64,000 bases of DNA from an uncultured Verrucomicrobiales bacterium (GTDB lineage Bacteria; Verrucomicrobiota; Verrucomicrobiia; Verrucomicrobiales; DEV007): assembly GCA_938091905.1 (NCBI GenBank), contig CALKOM010000057.1, positions 15,942 through 79,941 on the forward strand. The letters are read 5' to 3'. Position numbers and translations under genes: made by a program. Under the pieces are notes generated by a model that saw nothing but the letters and a program-made list of their open reading frames with translations, made no database searches and was not told the origin of the DNA. Below are positions 37,287 to 47,207 of this stretch, one piece after another (positions within the stretch are counted from its first letter, which is position 1; each line of letters opens with the position of its first letter).

Positions 37287-39080
37287 TTACCAGGCTACTG
37301 TCAGACCGGCGAAGGCGCCCAATCTTCGAGCGGCAACGGGGGTGCCTCCGAAACTGGCGTGTTCATAGCGTTCGTCGAACGCGTTCTCGAGACGTGCATT
37401 GATGGTGACATGGTCGGTTAACTCATAGGAGCCGTAAAGCCTAGTGACAACGTAGGCGTCTAGTGGGTCGCCTCCAAGGTTTCGGGAGCCGACATAAGAA
37501 ACCTCGGCTCCGAGGTTTAACTGATCCGTGGCTTCCCAGTGGAGATGCGCTTGAAAGACGTGCTCTGGCAAACCTACCAGACTGTCGTCTAGGTAGGTGT
37601 AGGCGAGGCCATAGCGAATGAGGCCAGCTTGGCCTTCGAGGCCCACTTCCAGGCCGCTGGCTTTGCCTTTGCCAGTGGTGTTGAAAGGAGCTGCTCCGAA
37701 TCGGTCGACGATGAGGTTCTCCACGTCATTCTCGAACCAGGTGAGGTTGAGTGAAATGTCCTCCCCGAAGGACTGGGAGATACCGAGGTCCCAGCCTTCT
37801 GAATGCTCGGGAGAAAGGTTAGGATTGCCAGCTTCAAACGGTCCGCCATTGAGTTCGAGCAGGTTTGGTGTTCGGAAGGCGGTACCGTAACTGCCACGTA
37901 AGGTGGTGTCCGAGCCGGGGAAGGTGTACGCTGCGGTCGTGCGCCAAGTGAACTCATCTCCGTAGTCGTCGTAGTCTTCCCAGCGTAGACCTCCAGTGAG
38001 GACGAGGTCTTGGGACACCTCCCAGAGATGGGTGGCGAACAGGCCTAACTGATCGCGATCGGCAGGAAACGAGAAGTCTTGGGCAAAGTCCGTTTGTTCG
38101 AAGAGGGCTCCGAACGCCGTGGTGTGTGCGTCCGACCACGTCACTTCGTTCTCCCAGCCGACACTGAGTTTCTCGGCGTCGGTAGCGAAGGTGGAGGGAT
38201 CGCCGAAGTCATAGGATTCGGTGTAGGATCCGAACCGTAGGCGTGACTGCCAGGAATCGGTGAGGTCGATCTCACCATACACCGTGATCAGTTGGTAGTC
38301 GGTGAAGTTGTCGCCACCGAAGTTGTCTTGGAAATCCCCATGCCCGCCGCGAAAGGTGGCACCTACTCTGGCATGATCACTCAAATCATAGTCCAGACGC
38401 AGCGCATAGGTGAGCTGTTCATGATCCAGTTCAGGGGTGCCCTGCGCATCGTTCTCGGTCGTTTCCCAACCGATCCCAAGTGTGTAGGAGAGTCCACTGT
38501 CAAAATTCCCGCTGGAGCTGGCGCCGGTGCGCAAGGTTCCAAACGAGCCGCCTTCGACGAAGACACGGGATTCCGGTGTGCCTGAGCCCTGGGCTGAATA
38601 GACACCGATGACGCCGCCGATGGATTCGCCTCCATAGAGGGCGCTTTGAGGGCCTCGCAGGATCTCAATTCTCCCGACCCCATCAAGCAGGCTGTTTCCA
38701 AGATAGTTGTTCGTGGAGACCGTGGAATCGCTGAGCCGCACGCCGTCGACAAGAACATGGGCGTGTGCGGTCTTCATGCCGCGGAGAAAGAGTGAGCTAA
38801 TCGAGCCGGGCTGGCCTCCGGTCGATTCTGAGAAGACGCCCGGTGAGCGACGCAGAGCGTCTTCCAGGCGGAAGACCTGGGCTTCTTCTAATGCTCCGCC
38901 ATCAAGCACGGTGACGGCGCTGCCGGTCTGAACAAGGGGAGTGAGGATACGGTTGGCGACCACGGTGGTGGGTGCCAGAGCTTCCGTTTCTTCAGCGGTG
39001 ACGGGCAGGAGCCCGGCCAACGATGATGAAAGGCCTAACAAGATGGCGCTACGGTGCAGCGCACGGTTGGTTGATGACAT
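37287..39080 (-). CDS. TonB-dependent receptor, BtuB-like (probable cobalamin uptake)
   Basis: Signal peptide, plug motifs (LFLRG..VLVDGV, RIEILRGPQSALYG), GNPNLSPE, ENAFDERY, terminal aromatic residue; cobalamin riboswitch upstream. Confidence 0.88.
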   Translation of the reverse strand: MSSTNRALHRSAILLGLSSSLAGLLPVTAEETEALAPTTVVANRILTPLVQTGSAVTVLDGGALEEAQVFRLEDALRRSPGVFSESTGGQPGSISSLFLRGMKTAHAHVLVDGVRLSDSTVSTNNYLGNSLLDGVGRIEILRGPQSALYGGESIGGVIGVYSAQGSGTPESRVFVEGGSFGTLRTGASSSGNFDSGLSYTLGIGWETTENDAQGTPELDHEQLTYALRLDYDLSDHARVGATFRGGHGDFQDNFGGDNFTDYQLITVYGEIDLTDSWQSRLRFGSYTESYDFGDPSTFATDAEKLSVGWENEVTWSDAHTTAFGALFEQTDFAQDFSFPADRDQLGLFATHLWEVSQDLVLTGGLRWEDYDDYGDEFTWRTTAAYTFPGSDTTLRGSYGTAFRTPNLLELNGGPFEAGNPNLSPEHSEGWDLGISQSFGEDISLNLTWFENDVENLIVDRFGAAPFNTTGKGKASGLEVGLEGQAGLIRYGLAYTYLDDSLVGLPEHVFQAHLHWEATDQLNLGAEVSYVGSRNLGGDPLDAYVVTRLYGSYELTDHVTINARLENAFDERYEHASFGGTPVAARRLGAFAGLTVAW

Positions 39081-39136
39081 GTGTGTTTTCTAAGGATGTG
39101 GCGCCCGTATTCCGCGGACGATGCAATCACTTCCCA

Positions 39137-39250
39137 AGGCTGGCGATCTGGCTCGACTAAATAAACGCGTCATTTAATCTCACAGTGGCGGGACCGCTCC
39201 GGAGTAGGCACAAGATGCTGTCACCGGATTCCCCATCTATTTCTTGCCCG
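39137..39250 (-). ncRNA. Cobalamin riboswitch (compact form); boundaries approximate
   Basis: Minus strand reads GGGAATCCGGTG...ACTCCGGAGCGGTCCCGCCACTGTGA...GAGCCAGATCGCCAGCC (conserved core and B12 box), directly upstream of a TonB receptor. Confidence 0.88.
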
Positions 39251-39377
39251 AGCGACGGGCTTCCAAGAGAAGACCCCAGCTCTCCTGAGGTGAGCGCATT
39301 TCAGCCTATTCTGGATGCTGTGCAACAAGGAAATGCTCAAAGCTTGCCAAGCTGGCTCAAGAGCGATTTCTTGGGGC

Positions 39378-40907
39378 ATGCTAAAACTCCTTTTGTCACT
39401 CACCTTCCTGATTGCTAGTCTTGGGCACGCTGCCGAGAAGCCTAACATCGTGGTCATCATGGCTGATGACATGGGCTATGGCGATGTGTCTTGCTATGGC
39501 GCCACGGCGTTGCAGACGCCGCACATCGACAAGCTTGCCGCGGAAGGGCGACGTTTTACGAGTGGCTACTGCTCGGCCTCGACTTGCACGCCGACCCGCT
39601 ACTCGTTGCTGACGGGAACCTATGCCTTTCGGCAGGAAGGCACCGGGATCGCGCCACCTAACAGTCCTGCAGTCATCAAGCCGGGTAGCGAAACGCTCCC
39701 TTCACTGTTAAAGAAAGCGGGTTACGCCACGGCGGTTATTGGTAAATGGCATCTCGGTCTCGGCGGGCCGGAAGGACCGGATTGGAATGGTGATCTCAAA
39801 CCGGGCCCCTTGGAGATTGGCTTTGATCATTGTTATCTCTTGCCAACCACCAATGACCGGGTGCCACAGGTTTACGTCGAAGATCATCGAGTGAAGAACC
39901 TCGATCCGAGTGACCCTCTCTGGGTGGGAAAGAAGAAGCCGAGTGAAGATCATCCCACGGGCATCACGCACCGAGACACCCTCAAGATGGATTGGTCTCA
40001 CGGGCACAATTCGACGATTCACAATGGCATTAGCCGGATTGGGTTTTACACAGGCGGTCATGCAGCGCGTTTCCGAGATGAAGATCTTGCTGACGAATGG
40101 GTTAACCGATCTAATGCGTGGATCGAAAAGCACAAAGATGAGCCTTTCTTTCTCTTCTTCTCCTCGCACGACCTTCATGTCCCGCGCATTCCGCATGAGC
40201 GCTTTCAAGGAAAGACACGGCTAGGTTTCCGCGGAGACGCCATTATTCAGTTGGACTGGTGTGTAGGCGAACTGATGAAGACGCTGGACCGTCTCAACCT
40301 GGCTGAGAACACCTTGGTTATCTTCTGTTCTGACAATGGTCCCGTGCTTGATGATGGTTATGCTGATGATGCCGTCGAGAAGATTGGTCGCCACCGGGCA
40401 GGGGGGCCTTTCCGTGGGGGGAAGTACAGTGTGCTTGAAGGTGGCACGCGCACGCCTTTCATCACGAGATGGAAAGGCCGCATTAAGCCCGCAGTTGAAG
40501 ACAAGGCTGTGGTCTCCACGATTGATCTGGTGGCTAGTGTTGGCGCGCTAACGGAGACGCCACTTCCTCAGGATGCCTATCTTGATAGTCATGATGTGAT
40601 GGGGGCGTTGCTGGGAGAAGACGGGGGGAAAGGGCGTGAGCATCTCATTCAACAAGATAATGGTCGTGCTGGGAACTATGGCTATCGGAAGGGGGACTGG
40701 AAACTTCAGCGGCATGAGAAAGGCACGGCTAGAAACGTGGTGGTCGAGGCAAAGCTAGCGAATACAAAGGTACCTAAGCACCGATTGTTCAATTTGGCGG
40801 AGGATCCAGGTGAGACCCGGAATTTGATCGAGAAGCACCCTGACATCGCCAAGAAGATGATTGAGGAGCTAGACGCACATATCAAGGCTGGGCGGACGAG
40901 GAGCTAG
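39378..40907 (+). CDS. Arylsulfatase-like sulfatase (S1 family)
   Basis: Signal peptide from ATG 39378, KPNIVVIMADDMGYGD, CTPTRYSLLTG, GKWHLG, SDNG. Confidence 0.95.
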   Translation: MLKLLLSLTFLIASLGHAAEKPNIVVIMADDMGYGDVSCYGATALQTPHIDKLAAEGRRFTSGYCSASTCTPTRYSLLTGTYAFRQEGTGIAPPNSPAVIKPGSETLPSLLKKAGYATAVIGKWHLGLGGPEGPDWNGDLKPGPLEIGFDHCYLLPTTNDRVPQVYVEDHRVKNLDPSDPLWVGKKKPSEDHPTGITHRDTLKMDWSHGHNSTIHNGISRIGFYTGGHAARFRDEDLADEWVNRSNAWIEKHKDEPFFLFFSSHDLHVPRIPHERFQGKTRLGFRGDAIIQLDWCVGELMKTLDRLNLAENTLVIFCSDNGPVLDDGYADDAVEKIGRHRAGGPFRGGKYSVLEGGTRTPFITRWKGRIKPAVEDKAVVSTIDLVASVGALTETPLPQDAYLDSHDVMGALLGEDGGKGREHLIQQDNGRAGNYGYRKGDWKLQRHEKGTARNVVVEAKLANTKVPKHRLFNLAEDPGETRNLIEKHPDIAKKMIEELDAHIKAGRTRS

Positions 40908-40956
40908 GTTTGCGTTTGAGCGGGAGTATACTAACAATACGCAAGTGTTTGCATTG

Positions 40957-41246
40957 ATGGATATTTCGAATCCCAGAGTCCTTCACTGAAAGGCGTTCTC
41001 TTTCCGGTAATAGGCCTGATTCGTAGTGGCTTGATCTTGGCGCATGCGCCGGATTGGAAAGTAGCATTGCTGCTAGCCATTGCCTTATGGGCCTTCTGCC
41101 GCTTCTACTACTTTGCCTTTTATGTGCTGGAGCACTATGCTGACTCCCGGTTTCGTTATGCGGGATTGTGCGACTTGGCGCGCTACCTAATCACGGGTAA
41201 GCCAAGCGAGGGTCAAGAGGTAGAACCTGAGGATGGTGAGCGTTAG
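40957..41246 (+). pseudogene. Small membrane protein, probably frameshifted near 40985
   Basis: ATG 40957 gives MDISNPRVLH*. The neighbouring frame continues LKGVLFPVIGLI..APDWKVALLLAIALWAFCRFYYFAFYVLEHY with no start codon before 41031. Confidence 0.45.
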
Positions 41247-42547
41247 AGAAGCCCCGCGTCTTTGATTTCCAAGTAGCGGTTGGTGAGCGCGGTGGGGAGA
41301 TTGGCAGCAGTGTCGTCCAGAGTCAGGATGCCATGCGAACGGATCTGCTCAAAGGTCTGAGTGCGCTCCTCGACATAACGCTGGGTGGCGCTATGTGAGA
41401 GTGCGTCTTCAAAGGTGGTGACAGGATATTTCAAGGCTCCCTCGGTGGTAGATTCGCGGAGGCTGGCGATGAGTGGAAGATGACGCTGCTTCATGAGTTG
41501 GAGTGGTGGAAGAATGTTGGCAATGTCTTCACTCCGCAGATTGGTAAGGAGTATGACGAGGGCGCGGCGGCGTTGACGCATCATGAGGCGCTCGGCTGCT
41601 TCGGCGAAGTCACTCGTCTGCGGGCCCGTCTCGTAGTCGTAGAGATGGTTGAGCAAGGTCGTCATGGCGTGTTGCCCTTTGACCGGTGGCAACCAGCGGT
41701 CCGTGCCGCCGAAACTGAGTACACCCACGTGGTCGCTCTGACGGAGAGCGATAAATGAGAGTAGGAGTATGGAGTTAAGGCAGTGATCAAACTGTGAGAG
41801 TTCTCCATCGAGAGCACGCATGCGGCGTCCGCAATCAACCATGAGAATGATGTTCTGGTCCCGCTCCTCTCGATACTCGCGGCTGATGAGTTGGAAGCGT
41901 TTGGAGGTGGCTTTCCAATCGATTTGGGAAAGGTTGTCGCCTTCTTGATAGTCGCGCAGCTGATGAAAGTTGAGACTGGCTCCACGGCGATGCTTCATGA
42001 CGATACCCATCTGGTTCTCGCGGTTCTCCATGGCAAGGAGGGCGTAGCGCACGACAGGTTCGTAGTTTGGATAGACCCGGATCTCGTCCTGATGATCAGT
42101 AAGATAGCGGCGCTGCCAAAGACCGAAAGGAGATTGGTGTAGAACGTGAATGGATCCCAGTGCAGAACGGCCTCGTTTGCGCATGCGGATGGGATAGGCG
42201 ACTGTGGTGAAGCCCTTGGATTGAACGGTTCCTGTCCACGGAATGTCTGGGGCGTGGGCTTCTTCCGGGAGGCCATCGAAGACCGAGAGGTGGGCGATCA
42301 AATGTCCTCGATTGTGCAATGTTAGCAAAATTTCGTCGTCGACGTTGAGGGCAAGGTGTCCAGGAATCCTGCGCTCGATGTCGATTCGTTTGCTGGACTT
42401 CGCTAGAATGAAATCAATTCCAGAAAGAGCCGCGAGCAGAGCCCCAAGCCCCCACCATAGAACCACGAATTGCGCCCAGAAAGACGCAGCGATACCGATA
42501 GCAATCCAAACGAGGATGCCGTGGAGTAGGCGTGAGGTGGGCCTCAT
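41243..42547 (-). CDS. DUF58 domain protein
   Basis: Two N-terminal TM helices, IRVYP, FHQLRDYQEGD..IDWKAT, MVDCGRRM; immediately downstream of MoxR. Confidence 0.92.
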   Translation of the reverse strand: MRPTSRLLHGILVWIAIGIAASFWAQFVVLWWGLGALLAALSGIDFILAKSSKRIDIERRIPGHLALNVDDEILLTLHNRGHLIAHLSVFDGLPEEAHAPDIPWTGTVQSKGFTTVAYPIRMRKRGRSALGSIHVLHQSPFGLWQRRYLTDHQDEIRVYPNYEPVVRYALLAMENRENQMGIVMKHRRGASLNFHQLRDYQEGDNLSQIDWKATSKRFQLISREYREERDQNIILMVDCGRRMRALDGELSQFDHCLNSILLLSFIALRQSDHVGVLSFGGTDRWLPPVKGQHAMTTLLNHLYDYETGPQTSDFAEAAERLMMRQRRRALVILLTNLRSEDIANILPPLQLMKQRHLPLIASLRESTTEGALKYPVTTFEDALSHSATQRYVEERTQTFEQIRSHGILTLDDTAANLPTALTNRYLEIKDAGLL

Positions 42548-42567
42548 CGACAACGAATCAGGCTCCT

Positions 42568-43614
42568 CTAGCGAGGTGATTCAACGGTATTGATCACGTT
42601 AGTAAGGACATCATCAATCTGCTGACCGCTGATGGCAATCTCAGGCGCGAGAGCGACCCGGTGACGCAGGACAGGAAGGGCGCCTCGTTTGACATCGGCG
42701 GGTGTGATGAACTGGCGACCTCCGAGGACTGCGAAGGCCTTGGCCATGCGAATGAGGCTGATGGCACCACGAGTTCCGGCACCTAGCGTAATCGCATCCG
42801 ACTGGCGTGTGGCTCGAATGAGGCTGACCGCATAGTTGATGACATCATCAACCGCCTGAACTTTCGCGGCCGCTTGTTGCCCGGCAATGACGTCCTTGGG
42901 CTGGCAGATTGGGGAGATAGCATTGGGATCGAGGCCTCGCCCACCTGCTCCTCCCGCCGCAAGTTTCACGATGGTCGCCTCATCGGTCGAACTCGGGTAA
43001 TCGATGAGGATTTTGAGCAGGAAACGGTCGAGCTGTGCTTCTGGTAGTGGATAGGTGCCTTCCTGCTCAATGGGATTCTGGGTGGCAAAGGTCATGAACG
43101 GTGGTTCCAACGCCATGGATTCTCCATCGATTGTGACTTGAGCCTCTTGCATGACCTCTAGCAAAGCGGCCTGCGTCTTGGCCGGAGCGCGATTGATTTC
43201 ATCAGCCAGGAGAAGGTTTGTAAAAACGGGCCCTTTCCTCAGTCGAAATTGCTGGGTGCTCATGTCGAAGAGTGAATGACCAGTGACGTCCGAAGGCATG
43301 AGATCTGGCGTGAACTGGATCCTTTGGAAATTACCGCCAAAGGTACGAGACAACGCAAGAACGAGGTGCGTCTTGCCCAGTCCAGGCTTGCCTTCGAGCA
43401 GAATGTGGCCGCCTGCGATAAGGGCGGCGAGGACCTGATCGATGACCGCATCTTGCCCGATAAAGACGCGGGTGACCTCATTGCGAATTTGTTGCCACAC
43501 GCTCGGTCTCTCCACAGGAGGTTCGGCAACTTCTGGTCGGAAGTCACTGGGAGGTGTGGGCTCTGGAGAACCCGGAGTTGGAGGGAAACTAGGTGGTTCG
43601 TTCGTGTCGTTCAT
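42568..43614 (-). CDS. MoxR family AAA+ ATPase
   Basis: GHILLEGKPGLGKT, RIQFTPDLMPSD, LLADEINRAPAKTQAALLE, ATQNPIEQEGTYPLPEAQLDRF. Confidence 0.96.
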   Translation of the reverse strand: MNDTNEPPSFPPTPGSPEPTPPSDFRPEVAEPPVERPSVWQQIRNEVTRVFIGQDAVIDQVLAALIAGGHILLEGKPGLGKTHLVLALSRTFGGNFQRIQFTPDLMPSDVTGHSLFDMSTQQFRLRKGPVFTNLLLADEINRAPAKTQAALLEVMQEAQVTIDGESMALEPPFMTFATQNPIEQEGTYPLPEAQLDRFLLKILIDYPSSTDEATIVKLAAGGAGGRGLDPNAISPICQPKDVIAGQQAAAKVQAVDDVINYAVSLIRATRQSDAITLGAGTRGAISLIRMAKAFAVLGGRQFITPADVKRGALPVLRHRVALAPEIAISGQQIDDVLTNVINTVESPR

Positions 43615-44735
43615 AAGCTTGTTTCTAGCGATGTGATATCTTGGATCAAGCGGGTGAAATGGTTCGCATCGTTCTTGGGTTCTCCGAGCATGGCTTCACG
43701 AATGCGATCTTGAGACAGGCCGCTACGTTCCGACAGGTAAGCGTGTAGGCCTGGGTCGTTGAAGCTGGGCAGCGATTTCCCGGTGGATGATTGATAATGT
43801 TGAGTGAGACGACGTCGTACTGGATCCAACAGGCTACTTGGTGAGCTGTGACGCCAAAGGAATTGCGCGGTCATGCCGAGGTGATCGGAGAAGTGGCGGG
43901 GAAGGACCGTGGCAGGAGGGAGGCGTGGGCCGAAGCCTGGGAGGGATTTCCATAGCCAGAAGATCAATAGGGCGAGCAACCCTAACAAGGGCATCCACCC
44001 GAATTCCCAGAGCATACCCCAGAAGGAAAGGTCACTGGCATAGACGAAGAGCACGTCGTAGCATTCGTGAAGCTCGCTGAGAGCTAGCATGAAAGCGGCA
44101 TGATCTTCTTGGTCGAGCGTCCGGTTCCTCATAGGGAAGGCAGAGGCGAGCGCGGTGAAGCGGCCATAGCCAGAGTCTATGCTTACCATGAGGGCGTTCT
44201 CTTTATCCATGCCCATGAAATGATCGACATCGTCGGTGTCGGTCAGGTCAAAAGTATTGCTAAGAGGGAAGCGGATGCGACCAGAATGTTCTCCAAGGTC
44301 AAACGATACTGTATTTCGATTGTCTGTGAGTTCACCAAAGCGAATTCCGTAAGCGTCGAGTAGGGGATGATTGACCAAGGCGAGAGCCTTGAATTGGTCG
44401 CCGTTGTTCTGCCAGCTCATCATGCTGGTTCCACTGAGTAGGTAGATGAGATGCCCTCCATTCTCGATCCATTCCTTCAGTCTACGTGAACGGCTCGGTG
44501 TCGTGATCGCGTCCGCTGGCATGATCAACAGCGTGCCATCCCAGGGCATGTCATTAAGCCGGAGTGAACTCGTGGCCTCAAACCCGTATTTCTGATAGAG
44601 TTTCTCGGCAGCGAGGAAAGGATTGCGTCTTGCTTCGCCTTTGAAACCGATCTCGGTTGTTTCCTCGCGTTTCTCAAGGCACGAGGTGAGTGTCAGGCAG
44701 ATCAGGCCGATGAATACACGGGAGAGCGGCTTCAT
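43611..44735 (-). CDS. DUF4350 domain protein
   Basis: GEARRNPFLAAE, C-terminal TM helix followed by FGP..HL..TAQFLWR; position in the MoxR operon. Confidence 0.75.
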   Translation of the reverse strand: MKPLSRVFIGLICLTLTSCLEKREETTEIGFKGEARRNPFLAAEKLYQKYGFEATSSLRLNDMPWDGTLLIMPADAITTPSRSRRLKEWIENGGHLIYLLSGTSMMSWQNNGDQFKALALVNHPLLDAYGIRFGELTDNRNTVSFDLGEHSGRIRFPLSNTFDLTDTDDVDHFMGMDKENALMVSIDSGYGRFTALASAFPMRNRTLDQEDHAAFMLALSELHECYDVLFVYASDLSFWGMLWEFGWMPLLGLLALLIFWLWKSLPGFGPRLPPATVLPRHFSDHLGMTAQFLWRHSSPSSLLDPVRRRLTQHYQSSTGKSLPSFNDPGLHAYLSERSGLSQDRIREAMLGEPKNDANHFTRLIQDITSLETSL

Positions 44736-46237
44736 GAGGACACCTCCTTGTGGTGAAAGGGCCAGTCTTTGCAGAGAAGTTCTACCGTGGCATCGTCAGG
44801 CCAGATCTTTCCGTAGGCGGCACCGGTCCAGCGATCTGTGAGACGATTGAAATAGGAGACCATCTGGCGGTTAGACAGCTCATTGGCACGTTGGATGCAG
44901 TCGAATTCTGTATCGCTCTCGATGATGGGAAGGTTTTCACGTACGACCATCCAAGAAATGGATCCTCGATAGAGAAGGCTCAATGCCTCCTGCCGTCGTC
45001 CTGCAGTCCAGGCCTCCCAAGCAGTCTGAGTGATATTGTCGGGAAGGGATTCAGCGCGGACATCCATCCCCATCACGGTGGTGGCACGCGAGTGAGGAGT
45101 TGCAGAGCGTTTTTTAAAGCTGCGATTGAGAAAGACGTGTCGATAGGTGTAAATCCAGTAGGCGAGGCCGCCAATCGCAGCCACCACGACGAGCCAGAAG
45201 AGAAACTCGCCTAGGATCTGAAAGATGGCGGCACCGTCTCCACCTCTGCTATCACTATTGTTTCCCCAATGCCATGTCTCTCGCGTGTGGCTATGGATCT
45301 CAAACTCAGGTTGCTGAAGGATAGTTGCCGCTGTGTCTGCCGGTGACGACCCGATCTCTTCCTCGGCAGCGAGCTCTGTTTCTAGATCCAAGATCGGTTC
45401 TTGGGCCCGACTTTCATTTACTGACGCTACTAGCAAACTGCCTAGAAGGAGCATGATGACGACCTTGGACACTCGGGTGATCAGTCGAGCTTCCAGTTGG
45501 CGAAATCTTAACTCGAGATCCCAGCCTTCACTGCGGGTACGACCATTTACATACATGCCGAAGCCACCGCCTACATAGAAGGGCTCGATCAAGCTCATGG
45601 CGAAGAAGTAGGCCGCGGTGAGCGTGTAGTAGACGATACCCGGAATAGGGAAGAACTCTTCCATTTCGAACCCTGCAACCCAGTCCTCCATTTCCGCCCC
45701 CAAGGTTGGTGATGGGTTGAGCATGACAACTAGGCCAATGAGCCCTATGACAATTGTGGCCTCGAAACAACTGCAAGCTGTGATGAGAGAGGTCGTGTGG
45801 GCATTGGCTTCGCGATTGAGAACACTCACACGGGTGTTTCTAGAATTGCCCGAGAGCCCTTCTAACAAGCCCACTGGCATGAGGTAGCTCCGAGCGGGAG
45901 AGAAACGTCTCCAAGTCAGGTCGCCAAACAGCATCCGGAGGAAGAACTTTGGAGAACCAAGAATCTCTCGCAGCCGCAATCGATTACCGAAGAGTGACCG
46001 ACTCAAGATGATAAGCGGCACGCGGTCGTAGAGCGGCTTGAACCAGAAGATAGCGAAGATCCATAGACCGGGCCACGCTTGAAGCACGAAGACTAATAAA
46101 GCGCAGAAGGGCAGTACCGTGCAAGCCCAGGCCAGCATGATGAAACCATAATCTCGACGGACCATTGCCATGCCGAGATCAATGGCTTCCCAAGAAGTGC
46201 GAGGCCGGATCTCGGCAGAGACGTCCTCAAGCCTCAT
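44732..46237 (-). CDS. DUF4129-type membrane protein
   Basis: RPRTSWEAIDLG, WFKPLYDR, EPFYVGGGFGMYVNGRTRSEGWDLE, ALSLLYRG, W...AYG. Start at ATG 46237. Confidence 0.78.
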   Translation of the reverse strand: MRLEDVSAEIRPRTSWEAIDLGMAMVRRDYGFIMLAWACTVLPFCALLVFVLQAWPGLWIFAIFWFKPLYDRVPLIILSRSLFGNRLRLREILGSPKFFLRMLFGDLTWRRFSPARSYLMPVGLLEGLSGNSRNTRVSVLNREANAHTTSLITACSCFEATIVIGLIGLVVMLNPSPTLGAEMEDWVAGFEMEEFFPIPGIVYYTLTAAYFFAMSLIEPFYVGGGFGMYVNGRTRSEGWDLELRFRQLEARLITRVSKVVIMLLLGSLLVASVNESRAQEPILDLETELAAEEEIGSSPADTAATILQQPEFEIHSHTRETWHWGNNSDSRGGDGAAIFQILGEFLFWLVVVAAIGGLAYWIYTYRHVFLNRSFKKRSATPHSRATTVMGMDVRAESLPDNITQTAWEAWTAGRRQEALSLLYRGSISWMVVRENLPIIESDTEFDCIQRANELSNRQMVSYFNRLTDRWTGAAYGKIWPDDATVELLCKDWPFHHKEVSS

Positions 46238-47192
46238 CTTCTTGTCTCCCAGCAAAGGTGAAATAGGCGACCAAGGCCACAAACCAGAACGTGGCTACGG
46301 TGTATTTGACCGGGGCAGCAACAGGCTGGGCCGACCAGAAGCCTTCGATGATCGCAGCCAAGAACGTGAGGAGCGCCGCGCCGTAGAGGAAAGGTATGGA
46401 GCGTTTTCCTGCGTCTAACAATGCTTGCTTGCGTCCGCGTCGTCCAGAATACAGGATGCCCAGCCCAACGTGGAGTCCGGCCATGCCGGCAACGAGCATG
46501 CCCATGATCTCGACACTGGCATGTCCACAAATAAAGTTGTAGAACGACTCAGGATTGGTGGCTTCGTGAATGTAGGCGGTGGCCGCACCAAAGAAGAGCC
46601 CGTTGAAGACAATAAAGAACAGGGTGCCGACGCCGCAGAGGATGCCTCCGGCAAAGATTCGGAAATCAATGCCAATGTTGTTCATAATGTAGAAGGCAAA
46701 CATCATGAAATTCGAACCGAACTGTTCTCGCAAATGCTCGACGGGACTATCGCTCCCATACATGGACTGAAGCTGAGACATTTGCTCTGTGCCGAGCAAT
46801 GCGTGGCTCCATCGTGGTTCGATCATGGATCCAAGGATGATGCCGGCAAGTGGGATGAAGAAAAAGACGCAGTTGATCCAGAAGAGCTTGATGTCCTTTC
46901 GAAACGCTCTGGGAAAGTCCACGGCGATGAAACGCAAGATGCCTTCGCCAAGCCGCGCTGAACTCCGATAAAGATGTTTATGGCCTCGAATGACCATGAC
47001 ATTGAGCCTCTCACAGAGTCGCAGGCCATACATGCGCTGCTGTGCTAGTGAAAGATCACTGCATACTTGGCGAAACATGGCTGGGAATTGAGCACTTTGC
47101 TCGGGAGGATTCTTTCCATCCAATTCATCGAGCATGGTCTCAAAGGCGTTCCAGCGCTCTTGATGCAGAGATTCGAATGTTTGGCGATTCAT
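46227..47192 (-). CDS. Stage II sporulation protein M (DUF95) family membrane protein
   Basis: FRQVCSDLSLA, YIMNNIGIDF..FAGG, FNG, GH..EI, AAIIEGFWS. Confidence 0.88.
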   Translation of the reverse strand: MNRQTFESLHQERWNAFETMLDELDGKNPPEQSAQFPAMFRQVCSDLSLAQQRMYGLRLCERLNVMVIRGHKHLYRSSARLGEGILRFIAVDFPRAFRKDIKLFWINCVFFFIPLAGIILGSMIEPRWSHALLGTEQMSQLQSMYGSDSPVEHLREQFGSNFMMFAFYIMNNIGIDFRIFAGGILCGVGTLFFIVFNGLFFGAATAYIHEATNPESFYNFICGHASVEIMGMLVAGMAGLHVGLGILYSGRRGRKQALLDAGKRSIPFLYGAALLTFLAAIIEGFWSAQPVAAPVKYTVATFWFVALVAYFTFAGRQEDEA

Positions 47193-47207
47193 GAACTCAG
47201 ATTAGTG

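Noticed and set aside
46227..47192. SpoIIM and CotH names as evidence for sporulation
   Set aside because: Both families are widespread in non-sporulating bacteria, and no sporulation regulators or structural genes are present.
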